DNA of 64,000 nucleotides from Mobula hypostoma. Its lineage: Eukaryota. Position numbers and translations under genes: made by a program. The notes under the pieces were generated by a model that was given only the letters and a program-made list of their open reading frames with translations, had not been told where the DNA came from and did not search any database. Positions 25,085-37,289 of the stretch are shown piece after piece (position 1 is the first letter of the stretch; each line of letters opens with the position of its first letter). The stretch lies in NCBI RefSeq assembly GCF_963921235.1, contig NC_086097.1, forward strand, positions 131,132,001-131,196,000, read 5' to 3'.

Positions 25085-25339
25085 TTCTCCTGAAGATGCT
25101 GGGATTCAACATTGGTGAAAGAGCTACCCAGTTGGGTATTTGTCACATAGCAAAAAAAAAAACAAAAACTTCTGGAAGAACTCTGGGTCAAGCAGCATCT
25201 GTGAAAACAAATGAATGGGCATAATTTCAGGACATGACCCTGCATCAAGACTGAGTGTTGAGGGAAGAAAGCCAGTAGATAGATGTAATGGAGAGGAGTG
25301 AGACAGAGGCTGGTAGATGATAGGTGGAAACTGGTGGGA

Positions 25340-26080
25340 TTAAGAACATAAGAAATAGGAGCAGGAGTAGGCCATCTGACTCATCGAGCCTGCTCCACCA
25401 TTCAATAAGATATTGGCTGATCTGGCAGGTAGGTTTCCCCATAACCTTTAATTTCCCAACTATGCAAAAATCTATCTAACCTTGTCTTAAATATATTTAC
25501 TGAGGTAGCCTCCACTGCTTCATTGGGCAGAAAATTCCACAGATTTACCATTCTTTGGGAAAAGCAGTTCCTCCTCGTTTCGTCCTAAATCTACTCCCCC
25601 AAATCTTGAGGCTATGTCACCTAGTTCTAGTATCACCTACCAGGGGAAACAACTTTCCTGCCTCTATCTTATCCCTTTCATAATTTTATATGTTTCTATA
25701 AGAACTCCTCTCATTCTTCTGAATTCCAGTGAGTACAGTCCCAGGTGATTCAATCTCTCCTCATAGTCTAACCCCCTCATCTCTGGAATCAACCTGGTGA
25801 ATCTCCGCCACACCACCTCCAAAGCTGATATATCCTTCCTCAAGTAAGGAGACCAGAACTGCACACAGTACTCCAGGTGCAGCCTCAACAGTATCCTGTA
25901 CTGTTGCAGCATAACCTCCCTGCTCTTAAACTCAATCCCTCCAGCAATGAAGAGCAGCATTCTATTTACCTTCTTGTTAGCCTGCTGCACCTGCAAACCA
26001 ACCTTTTGTGATTCATGCACAAGCACCCTCAAGTCCCTCTGCACAGCAGCATGCTGCAATCTTTTACCATTTAAATAGTA
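25340..26080 (-). mobile_element. CR1 3' fragment
   Basis: taagaacataagaa tail; ORF 25664-26059 (LEYCVQFWSPYLRKDI). Confidence 0.85.
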
Positions 26081-26225
26081 GTTGAATGGCAGAAGGAGCC
26101 AGGCGGGGAAGGAGAAGGGGTATGGAGAGAAAGATGCTGGAAGGTGATCAGAGAAGAAGAAAAACCTGGGCAGGTAGAGCCAGGTATGAGGAAGGAGAAG
26201 GGTAGAGATAGAGTCTGATAGGTGA

Positions 26226-26360
26226 GGCCTGGTGAAGGGTCTCTGCCTGAAATATCGACTGTTTATTCCTTTCCATAGATATTGCCTGACCTGCTAATTT
26301 CCTCCAGAATTTTGTGGGTGTTACTCTGGATTTCCAGCATTTGCAAAATCTCTTATGTTG
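26226..26360 (+). mobile_element. Short PLE 3' unit beginning at a degenerate hammerhead
   Basis: ctggtga-agggtctctgcct-gaaa-tatc-gactg followed by pLTR tail. Confidence 0.7.
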
Positions 26361-26529
26361 AGAACCTTGTAGGTGATAGGTAGAACCAGATAAGGGAAGG
26401 GCGATAGGTAGATGGAACCAAGTGGGGGAAGGGATAGGAAAGGTGACCAAGGGAGAAGAAACTCAGTAGATAGATACAAAGGTGTTGTCCAGCTGGAACT
26501 AGTTGGAAGAGGGTATGAGTCTAAGCAAT

Positions 26530-26855
26530 AGAGTCATAGAGTCATGCAGCTTGTCCATGCTGACCAAGATACCCATCAAAGCTGGATACATTTGCTGCAT
26601 CCCTTTAAATCTTTCCTATCCATGTACTTGTTCAAATATATTTAAATGTTTTAGTGGTATTTGCCTCAACCACATCTTCTGGCAGCTTGTTCCTTATATA
26701 GACCATCATCTATGTGAGGAAGTTACCCCTAGGGTCTCTTTTAAACCTTTCTCCTCTTACCTGAAACATATGGTAAGATTTTTTGATTCCCATTTCCTGG
26801 AAAAAAGACAATGCATTCACACTATTTATGCTACACATGATCTTATACACTTCTA
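26530..26855 (-). mobile_element. CR1 3' fragment
   Basis: (CATAGAGT)n tail and CR1 3' UTR-like sequence. Confidence 0.6.
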
Positions 26856-27302
26856 TATGTAATGGTCTGGGAGAGAATGGAAAAGCTGATCAAAGGGAGA
26901 GACTCCATAGGCGGACTTGTGGGAAACAAGCACAGCGTAGTGCATTAACGACTGGAAAATTTGATTTTCACACCATTGTATTTCATACTTTGACTGTAGG
27001 CTGAGCAAGCAGAAGTGCTGTTCTTCTAATTTGCAATTGATCTCACCCTGGCAGAGAAGGCCAAGGTCAGACAGGTTTGTATAGGAATGATAAGAGATTT
27101 GTCTTACACACTGTCAGATCTATATACCGGCTATCTATCCCCTACACTCTCAGTCTTCATTCAGAGCCTTAACTCAAAATGTTGACCACCCCTTTGCCTC
27201 CACAGATGCTACTGACCCACTGAGTTCTTCCAACAGTCTGTTCTTTTGCTCCAGTCTCCAGCATTTGCAGTCTCTTGTGACTGAAGGTTTCAAAGCATTC
27301 TG

Positions 27303-28013
27303 TCTGGATCCGGGTTAATTGGGACATCTGTTTATTTGGGACAACTCTTAAAGAACAAAAAGTAATCAAGAAAATAGATGGGATTCCTTTCATTCATTTG
27401 GGACACTGTGCTGCTTAACTGGGACAGAAGACTGATGCTGAACGTGTTCTATCTAGTGTCAGTCACGTGCACTTGTGTAGCTATTAGACTCTACACTGCT
27501 TAGTATGAACAGTTTTTAAAGTAGTGTCAGTTGCATGTGTTTGATTTCAAAATGCAGTAATTTTTGTCACTAATAGTTGGTGAGAAATAAGCAGTAAGAC
27601 AATTCAGAATTGTTTTGCTCACCATGGTTTCAAGCATTCAGGCTTGGAGATGCCAGAAACTGCTGCGAATGAAAAAGAAATAATTTCACTACTTCAACGT
27701 GTTAGGAACTATGAAAAGTTTGAAGGTATTGACGATTATCTTGAAGATTGCAATGAAAATGAAGATTGAAGACAAAAATCCTCATCGAAAACTATTAGGA
27801 ACCAATACACTGTTTATAATACTGTAGTAGTGTTGATAGTGTTCTAATTTGTTCTGTATTTCATTTAAGTGTATAACTTGTTACTCAGATAAATGGTAGT
27901 TTGTCTTTGTTATGCCTTTTAACTCCTTCCATGAAACTTTGGCTAATTGGGCCGTCACTTAATTGGGCCAAAATATATTGGTCCTGATGTGTTCCAATTA
28001 ACCAGAATCACTA
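27303..28013. mobile_element. Tc1/mariner (Tigger/pogo-like) non-autonomous element
   Basis: Imperfect TIRs ggatccgggttaattgggaca / tgttccaattaaccagaatcac with subterminal ttgggac repeats. Confidence 0.65.
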
Positions 28014-28051
28014 TGTGTATATATTTCTTATTATAACATATAGTGAGTATA

Positions 28052-28550
28052 CGTCAGTAAGCTGGAGCAGGGATCCAATCGCAGACCCAGTACTGTGCAC
28101 ACAGTGATATTAATTAACAAGTCCCAAGGTGCAAACAAAGTTGGCAACAAAGTTCAGGCAGAAATCAAAACATTCAGAATTGGGAAACAGGCAGAGTCAA
28201 TATTCAGACAGACAGAGTACAGATACAAATGCTGGAAAGGCTCAGGAAAATTCACTGGTACAATCTGGCAACAAACAGGTGAAAACACAGGACTGAAATA
28301 TACTGAGTAACAAACAGAGGCAGATGATGGGTGGAGCACAATGAGACAGAAGTGGTAGCAAAACAGGTAATAATGAGAAACAGGTGAGGGGCAGCGTACT
28401 CAGTAATACAGGGGCCGGAGTAGAGCAGGAGCGAGGACAAGAGCACATGGGGCATTAAAACAAACAAGAGCACATGGCAATACAAAACCACAGACTGACA
28501 GCAAGGGGGAAAACACACAAAAAGACAAAGTTCAACTGAAGGTACTGACA
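28052..28550 (-). repeat. 3' LTR
   Basis: On the minus strand TGTCAGTA...CTGACG; preceded by polypurine tract GCGGGGGGTAC. Confidence 0.92.
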
Positions 28551-29512
28551 GTACCCCCCGCGGATGCCTCCTGGCATCATGGCAGGTAGAGCTGGGTGCT
28601 GGCGATGAAAGTCCTGATGAGAGACGGGTCCAGGATGTTACGGGTGGGGACCCGGCACCTTTCCTCAGGACTGTAGCCTTCCCAGTCCACAAGGTACTGG
28701 AGGCACCAGCCCCAGCGACGAACATCCAGCAGTCGACACATCGTGAAGACCTCTGACCCTTCGATGAGCTGTGGGGGAGGGGGGTTTGGGTACAGGACAC
28801 GGGATGGCTCATGAAAGGCTTGATGCGGGACACATGAAAGGTGGGAGGAATGCGGCGGAGAGTGAAGGAGAGCTTGAGACAGACGGCAGCAGAGCTGATG
28901 ACTTTAGCAATGGGAAAGGGGCCAATGAAGCGAGGGGACAGCTTGCAGGAATCTACCTTGAGGGGCAGGTCTCAGGTTGAAAGCTACACATGCTGTCCCT
29001 GGCGGTAACATGGGGCCTTGGCACGATGGTGGTCGGCTTGACACTTGGTCCTAGCAGAGGCACGGAGAAGGGCAAAGCGAGTGCCCTTCATGTCCGCTGA
29101 CAACACGTCTGCTGACAACAGTGGATGAACACCTCAGCAGAGGGAACACAACCTCCTCCTCCTGGGCAGGAAACAGTGGAGGTTCGTAGCCAAGGCAGCA
29201 CTCGAAGGGAGACAGACCGGTGGATGAGGATGCATGAGAGTTTATAGCGTACTCGGCCCAGGGTAGATGCTGGCTCCACGCAGAGGGGTTCTGGGAGTCT
29301 GTCTCCCAGAATACTGTCTCTAGCTGTTGGTTGGCCCGCTGGTCTGTGGGTGGAATCCTGAAGACAGACTCAGGGAGGCACCCAGATCACAGAATGCCCT
29401 TCAGAAGCTGGATGTGAATTGAGAGCCCTTGTCTGACACAACATCTACAGGTAAACCATGTAATTTAAAAACATGCAGTACTGGTAATTTGGCTGTTTCT
29501 TTGGCAGAGGGA

Positions 29513-30421
29513 CTACTACTACTACTACTACTACTATGTCGACTCAGGCCTAGGGGGCCAGCGTCGGGCACGATGACAGACTCTCCACTTCTCCCTCTCC
29601 CTCATCAGTGTGTTCAGTTCATCTACATTAGCCGCACCACTGTCTTCTAGGAGCGTGTTGACCATAGTCTTGGCAGGGCGCCCAGGGTTCATCCTCCCAT
29701 GCTTGGGCTCCCATATGATGACTAGGCTGGCAGGTAGCTTGGGGTGGCGTAGACAGTGCCCCACTAGTTTCAGTTTTCTCGCCTCGATTTTAGTGGTAAG
29801 CATCGGTAGGTTGTTATAGAGCTCGACGTTCGTCATGTGCTGTTGCCAACTCATGTCAAGAACCATCCGGAGCATTCGTGTATAGCAACCATCTAGAGAC
29901 TTTCGCATAGTCTTGGTGAGTGTCCACGTCTCACATCCGTATGTGAGAAGGGACTCTATGACTGCTATGAAAATCCTCTTTTTAAGCCCTCTGGTCAGGT
30001 TCAACTTCCAGATTTCCTTCATGTCGTTCATAGCCCTCCACGCCAGCGCTTTCCGTATCTTTATGTCCATCTCCAAACTCATCATTCTTGACCCAAGGTA
30101 CTTGTAGTCAAAGTCTTTCTTAATGGTATCATTCTCTACGGTCTTGAGAGTACCTTCGTCGCAGTTAAATGCCATGTGCTCTGTCTTTTTAGCGTTTAGG
30201 TGAAGTCCAACTTTATTGCACTCAATTTCCTCTTTTGTCAGTAGCTGCTGTGCTTCCTCCATCTGGTCAGAGAGCAGGACTATGTCATCTGCAAAATCGA
30301 GATCTGTGAGCGTAACTGGTCTGACCCTTTTGGTTCGGCATGGTTTTATGGTAAATCCAAGCTTGTCATGATCTTTGGTAGCTTGTCGCAGAGCGTAATC
30401 AAGGACGATCATAAAGATGTA
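29513..30421 (-). mobile_element. Young 5'-truncated RTE-clade LINE inserted in the Gypsy integrase
   Basis: 10 bp TSD ggcagaggga (29503-29512 and 30422-30431); (TAG)n tail; uninterrupted RT C-terminal half (DLDFADD, YKYLGS, YGCETW, GHCLRH, GRP). Confidence 0.93.
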
Positions 30422-33400
30422 GGCAGAGGGAAGTTTAGGTAAAGGAATGAAGTGTACAGACTTGGAGAAACGATCAACTACTGTGAGAATGGTGGCATTA
30501 CCATCTGATGGGGGAAGACTGGTGACAAAATCCAGGGCAATGTGGGAGCAGGGTCTCTTGGGGATAGACAGGGGTTGTAACAGACCAGCAGGTGACTGGT
30601 TAGAGTTCTTGCCTTGAGCACAGACCGAGCAGGCTGAGAAAAAGTTGAGGATGTCATCTTCCATGGAGGGCCAACAGAACCGCTGACTGATGAAGGCCTG
30701 AGTACACTTGGTTCCAGGGCGGCAGGATAACCAGGAAGAATGACCCCACTATAATACCTGTGAGTGGACGGTGCTGGGAACAAAAACACGGTTAGTGGGG
30801 CATTGACTAGGGGCTGCCTCGCTCTGTTGAGCAGCTTGCACCATGGGTTCAATGTCCCATTGCACTGCACCCACGAGACAGTGAGCAGGGAGGATGACAT
30901 CAGGGACCTCAGAGGAGGGAAATCTTCAGAGGGGGCATCAGGTTTTCCATTCTTGGAACAGGGGTGGAAGGACAGAGTAAAATTGAATCTTGAGAAAAAC
31001 AGGGACCAACGAGTTTGACGGGAGTTGAGATGCTTGGCCGTACGGATATATTCCAGATTCTTGTGATCAGTCCAGACTAAAAATGGCACGTTTGCTCCTT
31101 CCAGCCAGTGCTTCCACTCCTCTAGAGCTAGCTTCATAGCCAGCAGCTCCCGGTTTCCGACATCGTAATTCCGCTCCATGGGAATGAGGCGGTGAGAGAA
31201 GGCAGCGCAGGGATGTACCTTCTCATCCTTGGCCGAGCGCTGAGAGAGAACAGCTCCCATGCCAATGTCAGGTGAAACGTTCCTTCAGGTCAGAGAATGC
31301 TTTTTCAGCAGCAGGGGACCAGGAGAATCTGACAGCCGATGGGTAAGAGCAGTGAGTGGTTCAGCCAGTGTACTGTAATTTCTGATGAAGCGGCAATAGA
31401 AGTTAGCAAAGCCCAAGAAGCGTTGCAACTCCCGACAAGTCGAAGGTTGGGGCCATTCGACCACCGCCTTGACCTTCTGTTGGTCCATTTGAATGGAACC
31501 GCCTGAAATTACATATCCCAGGAAGGAGACGGTATTGCGATGAAACTCACATTTCTCAGCCTTCACAAAGAGCTGGTTCTCCAGAAGGCACTGGAGAACT
31601 CTGCGAATGTGACCTGTGTGTTCAGCAAGGGACTTAGAAAAAAATCAAAATGTCGTCGAGGTACACAAAAACAAATTGCTTCAGCATGTCCCTGAGAACG
31701 TCATTTACCAGGGCTTGGAAGATGGCGGGGACATTGGTGAGACTGAATGGCATGACCAGATACTCGCAATGGCCTGAGGTGCCGTTGAAGGCCGTCTTCC
31801 ACTCGTCCCCTTCGCGGATGTGGACAAGATGGTAAGCATTACGGAGATCAAGCTTGGTGAAAATTGAGGCTCCTTGTAGTAGTTCAAATGCTGAGGTCAT
31901 GAGCAGAAGAGGGTAACGGTTCTTAACAGTGACTTAATTCAGTCCCCAGTAATCAATGCATGGGCGTAAGGAGCTGTCCTTCTTTTTAACAAAGAAAAAA
32001 CCACCACCAGCAGGGAAGGAAGACGTCCGGATGATGCCTGCGGCCAGAGACTCTTGAATGTACTTACTCATGGCTTCTGTTTCAGGTACGGACAGGGAAA
32101 TACAGGCGGCTCCTTGGGGGAGATGTGCCAGGCAAGAGGTCAATGACGCAATCATATGGACGATGAGGTGGTAGGGAAGTGACCTGGGACTTGCAAACAT
32201 AGCCTTGAGGTCTATGTATTCAGAAGGGATGGCACAAAGGTCCAGAAATTCCTCGGGGGGATCTGGGCTTGGAAACAAGGGGATCTGAGCATGGCGGAGG
32301 TAGTGGGAGTAACAGAATGGGCTCCAGCCTACAATCTTGTGACTGAGCCAGCCAATGTGGGTGTTGAGTTTAACTAACCAGGGATGGACCAGGACAATGG
32401 GAGCTTGAGGAGAGTCAATAACATGAAGGGTTAACTGTTCACGATGGTTGCCGGATAACCTGAGACTCACCGGGGCCATGACGTGGGTGATGTTAGCCAG
32501 TTTCTGACCGTTCAAGGCGTTGGCCACCAATGGTGACTGGAGGGAAGATGTGGGTAATCCCCACTGGGCAGCTAAGCCGGAATCAATAAAACACCCCTCC
32601 GCATCAGAATCCACCAAGACGGAGACTGCTCGCCGTCGGACACCCCACTCGAGAAGCAGGTATGGGAGTGAGTGGCATCGAGGAGGTCACACTCACTAGT
32701 ACTTCTTGTCCCACTGATGTGCGCTTGGCTTTTACTGGGCAGGTGGAGATAAAGTGGTCTGGTTGGCCACAGTACGGACGGGAACGAGTGCTGATTCTCC
32801 TTTGTCTTCCGGTCGGTGTCAGGCGGGTACAGTCAACCTTCATAGCTTTGAGGAATTGTAGATGGGGGCAAACAGCAGGGCAATGTAGTCTGACGAGGAG
32901 CTTGGAACTCACTCAGTGCCCCCAGGGACCCTCTGGAACCCCTCCCTCTGCGGCGCTGCTGAAGGCAAACATCAATACAGATGACCAAATCCACCAGGGC
33001 TTCAAAGGTGGCAGGAAGGTCCTGCGTGACCAGCTCACCTTTGATGTCTTCGGAGAGGCCATTCAGGAAGGTGTCGTACTGTGCCTCCGAGTTCCAGCCA
33101 CTGGAGGTGGCTAGGGTCCGGAACTCTATGGCAGAATCTGACACAGATCTGCACCCCTGGTGCATGTGCAGCATTTCATGGGCAGCCTCTCTCCCATGTT
33201 TGGAGCGATCAAGCACTTTTCTCATCTCCTCAGAAAATAACTGAAAACTGATGCAGAAAGGTGAGCCTGCCTCCCAGACGGCTGTTCCCCATTCTCTTGC
33301 CCGACTGGACAGTTGAGTGATGACGTGGGCCACCTTGGCTCGATCAGTTGGAAAGGTTGTTGGTTGCAATTCAAAAATGAGGGTGCACTGGGAAAGAAAA

Positions 33401-33681
33401 GAGCGGCAGGTACCAGACTCGCCTAACTGCTTTTCTGGAGGAGGCAGACGGGGGTCTTGGATGGGGGGAGTAAGCGAGAATGCAGAGAGTGAAAGGTGCA
33501 GTTGCAGAATGTTGATGGGCGCTCTGCGACAGCTGGAGTGACTGATTCTGGGCCACAAGATCAGCTACATTGGCAGAAAGTGATTCCACTGCCCTAAACA
33601 CAGGTTCTAGTGTCTCCCCAGCATTATTCCGTTGTTCTAGGGCAGCTCTCAGACAACCGGGGTCTGCTGGATCCGTTCTGC

Positions 33682-33692
33682 CCAGATTGTAC
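33682..33692 (-). promoter_or_regulatory. Self-priming primer binding site (Tf1/sushi type)
   Basis: GTACAATCTGG immediately after the 5' LTR; complementary to an LTR segment (28258-28268 perfect, 33915-33925 one mismatch). Confidence 0.8.
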
Positions 33693-34209
33693 TGTCAGGC
33701 ACTGGAGCAAGGATCCAATCACAGACCCAATACTGTGCACACAGTGATATTAATTGAGTAACAAATCCCAAGGTGCAAACAAAGTTGGTGTCAAAGTTCA
33801 GGCAGAGATCAAAACATCCAGAGAAATCCAAAAACCAGAATCAGGAAACAGGCAGAGTCGATATTCAAACACAGTACAGATACAAATGCTGGAAAGGCTC
33901 AGGAAAATTCACTGGTACAATCTAGCAACAAACAGGTGAAAACACAGGACTAAAATACACAGAGCCAAAAACAGAGAGGCAGGTGATAGGTGGAGCACAA
34001 TGAGACACAGGTGGCAGCAGTACAGGTAATAATGAGAAACAGGTGAGGGGCGGAGGACTCAGTAATACAGGGGCCGGAGCAGAGCAGGAGCGGGGACAGG
34101 AGCACATGGGGCATGAAAACAAACAACAGCACATGGCAATACAAAACCACAGACTAACGGCTAGGGGCACAACACACAGAAAGACAAAGTTCAACTGGAG
34201 ATACTGACA
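33693..34209 (-). repeat. 5' LTR
   Basis: TGTCAG...CTGACA termini; homologous to 28052-28550 with multiple substitutions and indels. Confidence 0.92.
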
Positions 34210-34609
34210 GAATATTTTACATATTGCATCGTATACCACAAAACAACAAATTTTATGGCATATGTCAACTATAATAAACCTGATGCTGATTCAGATTCTG
34301 AATTCACAAATCACTATTCAAAAATGTAAGATGTGGAGTAAAATATGCTCTCATGGAAATTATGTGAGAAAAGCAAATAAATCAACATCACTTTTCTTTC
34401 AACTTGCATGTCTTGATGCATGTGCAAATGGCAAGGCTTTGCATTATGAATAACAGCATCAAGGACAGTTTACATGTTGAAGAAAATGGAAAAAGAGCAT
34501 CTGAACTTGCAATTCATCCTGAACTGCCGCCTTCATTATAGCATTTGAGGAACCCTCAACTTGGAAGTTCTATTTCTGATATGTGTTGGAATTTGATAAC
34601 TTGGCTTGA

Positions 34610-34950
34610 TGAGTGCAGCTTCAATAATACTCATGAAGCTCGACACCATAGCAGTCCACTTGATAGGCATCCCACCCAATCCTATTCGCACCCCCCACCA
34701 TGGGACACACTGTAGCAGCAGTTTGTACCATTAGCAGAATGCACTGCAGCAACTCGGCAAGACACCTGAGACAGCACCTCCCAACCCCACCACCTCTACT
34801 AGCGAGGAGGACAAGAACAGCAAAAGCATGGGCAGCACCACCAGCTGAAAACTGCACTTCAAGCCGCACTCCATCCTGACTTGGGAATACACTGTATCAC
34901 TGTTCCTTTGCTGTTGCTGGGTCCAAATCCTGGAAATCTTTCCATAAGGC
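34610..34950 (+). mobile_element. LINE 3' fragment (CR1/L2 group)
   Basis: aagctcgacaccat..agcagcagtttgtacca..atgcactgcagcaactc..ccatcctgacttgg pattern recalled as typical of a shark LINE end. Confidence 0.5.
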
Positions 34951-34952
34951 AC

Positions 34953-35730
34953 AAGAGCAAGGTGGCACCAGCGAAGAACGCAACGGTGACATCCTGCAAA
35001 CAGTTCGCTTAACTACTTCTTCTACTGAGCTGCGCGTGATGGAACCTCGGATTTACATTTCGATAGTGTGTTTTTGGGCCAACTTCAGCATTCCGGTGCC
35101 TTGCTGTCCTCAAGGGAGTTTGATGAGGTTGGCCTGGAAGCTTGGATTCAGGGCGTGAGCCCATGATCGACCACATTGCTTCTCTCCAATTGAGGCACCG
35201 AGAAAGGTTGCTCAAGGAAGAAGAGAGTGAAGTGTGGTTGGGTGTTCGGCACTGTCTTCCTGCGTTTAACCGGTCTTCTTCTCCCTCTCACTAGGGGCTA
35301 TCGGAGGCAAGTGCAGGAGTCTTAGGTTCCACGTTGCACTGATTGATTGATGAGGTTCGTGGTTGTGGACTCGTTTTAGGGAACTTTGAAATTCATACTG
35401 CATGTATCTGGATTCCCATTATTCACTTTTGCTGCTTTTGAGCGGTTTGATCGGGGTGCCTTGGCAAAGGCTGGCTCTGCGGCCTGCGGTCAGCTAGGGG
35501 CATGGAGCTGAACTGAACTAAACTAAATACCCCTTGTTGATGTTGATGTTTCTATGTGTTATTCCCTTGCTTTTTAACATTTGTGCAATTGTTTCTTCGC
35601 ATTTTGGGTGTTTGATATTTCCTTTGAATGGTGTTTCTTTGCATCTGTGCCTGTGGGATGACGAGACTTAGAGTTGTATTCTGCATACAAACTTTGATAA
35701 TAAATGTACTTTGAATCTTTGAATCTTTTG
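34953..35730 (+). mobile_element. Non-autonomous LINE-derived element
   Basis: Starts aaggtggcaccagcg, CpG-rich body, (GAACT)n tract, ends aataaatgtactttgaatctttgaatc. Confidence 0.55.
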
Positions 35731-36679
35731 AATGGTCCAGAGGAATTGCCTCATCACCCTGCAGGATGTGGAATAGTCCTTGGAGCAGTCTATTTCTAAC
35801 CCCCACCCCCACTTCAAACCAGCTCTCAAACTTCTCCAGCGAATTCATGAATAAACCATAGTTCAACATTTACCCTTTTCCACTTTGAATAATTTCACCC
35901 TTCCCCAGCGAAGTTATGTGATGAATTCTGGTATATGTCAATATACAAAATACGCTCTTATATGTAAATTGTTGATTCTGTGAAATTACTAAACCAATAA
36001 AAAAATATTTAGTCACACCTTATAAACAGCATATTAATTTAACAGTTTGCTTACTCAAAGTATATTATCCAATGTTTATAAATGGATTACATTTTTAATT
36101 AAATCTGTGATTGCAGCAAATTTTAAATCATTGTCCAATTAATGTTACAAAATTTTATTAACCTTAAAACTGCTGATTTTAATTATAAACACAGGATATA
36201 AATACTCAATATAAAGATTTCCAGCATCTGCAGTATTTTGCTTTTGGATATAATTAAATTGTTATGGTGTGCTGTTTCATTGTGATTTGAATTATTGTAT
36301 ATTGTTCATTGAAGGCCCCACTTTCTACAGGACACACTATTACCACAATCATTTGTAAACTAGTTAAATTATGTATATATGATTTTCTGCAAACTTATTA
36401 GCATATTGGCCAAAATATGTTATATGTCTGGTAGTGATAAGGCATCTGCATAGCTGGGGGCCTCTGTAGAATTTAAACTCCCTGTTTGTTTCACTTTATA
36501 GGAAGAACTGCAAGAATCAGGTGAGTTTATCAGAAATGAGAGATTTTACTGTTCTCTTTTTTTTGATTAAGGAAGGATACAATTGCATTGCAGAGAAGGT
36601 TCATTAGAAAGGTCTCATTTTGTAGGAATTATCTAATAAGGGAGGATTATACAAACAGAATGTATACTCTGTGGAGTTC

Positions 36680-36915
36680 AAGGTAATTTTTTTATTTAGA
36701 GATACAGCACAGTAATAAGCCCTTCTGGTCCAATGAGCTTGTGCTGCCCAATTACACCCACGTGAGCAAATAATCTACCAACCTGTGCATCTTTGGAATG
36801 TGGGAGAAAACCAGGGCACCCGGAGGAAACCTCTACTAGGTCATGGGGAGAACGTACAAACTCCTTACAGACAGCAGCAGATCTGAACCCGGGGCACTAC
36901 ACTACCATGCCGTCC
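36680..36915 (-). mobile_element. V-SINE/HE1-like SINE within an old CR1 fragment
   Basis: tctttggaatgtgggagaaaaccagggcacccggaggaaac..ggggagaacgtacaaactcc. Confidence 0.75.
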
Positions 36916-37289
36916 CAAAGCCATGATCGTACTGAAACATAAAATCCTCAAGGGGTTGACTGAATAGATGCTAACACTTAGTGGGGTAATGTAGAATTGG
37001 ATTATATTATTTCAGGATAAGATGATATTATTTCACCAATCTAAGACCAAGAAAAAGAGAAATTTCTGCTCTTGAAGGGTGGTGATTCTTCGAAATTGCC
37101 AACTTTGAACAGCTGTGGGGCAAAATCATTAAGTACAATAGAACTCCAATAATCTACAGTCCTTGGAGATTTGGTAGTGCTAGACTAGCAGATTTTTCCA
37201 GACAACTGGATTTAACTCCTATTAATACCTACAAATATACTTGTATCACTTGTTTTACATGTTATAATATTTTTTTACTTCACCCATTG

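Larger units (their letters stand above)
25090..27280. mobile_element. Older degenerate PLE fold-back with nested insertions
   Basis: Minus-strand pLTR-like start (gaagatgctgg..ctggaagaactc), purine-rich segments, GIY-YIG 3' remnant about 26960-27090, plus-strand end 27125-27280 (cagatgctactgacccactgagttcttcc..ccagcatttgcagtc). Confidence 0.55.
28052..34209 (-). mobile_element. Full-length decayed chromoviral Ty3/Gypsy LTR retrotransposon (sushi/Tf1 group)
   Basis: Two ~500 bp LTRs; gag 32833-33558, zinc-knuckle remnant YCGQPDHFISTC, protease [31 protein letters not shown], RNase [21 protein letters not shown], integrase, chromodomain (QYLVDWEGY about 28680-28706); PPT 28551-28561; flanks gtata/gaata. 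Confidence 0.95.

Noticed and set aside
32833..33558. Gag ORF as a domesticated PEG10/RTL-like gene
   Set aside because: It lies between two LTRs in a decayed element with a frameshifted end and a mutated zinc knuckle.
37135..37215. Possible Tigger-like terminus
   Set aside because: No matching second TIR was found.
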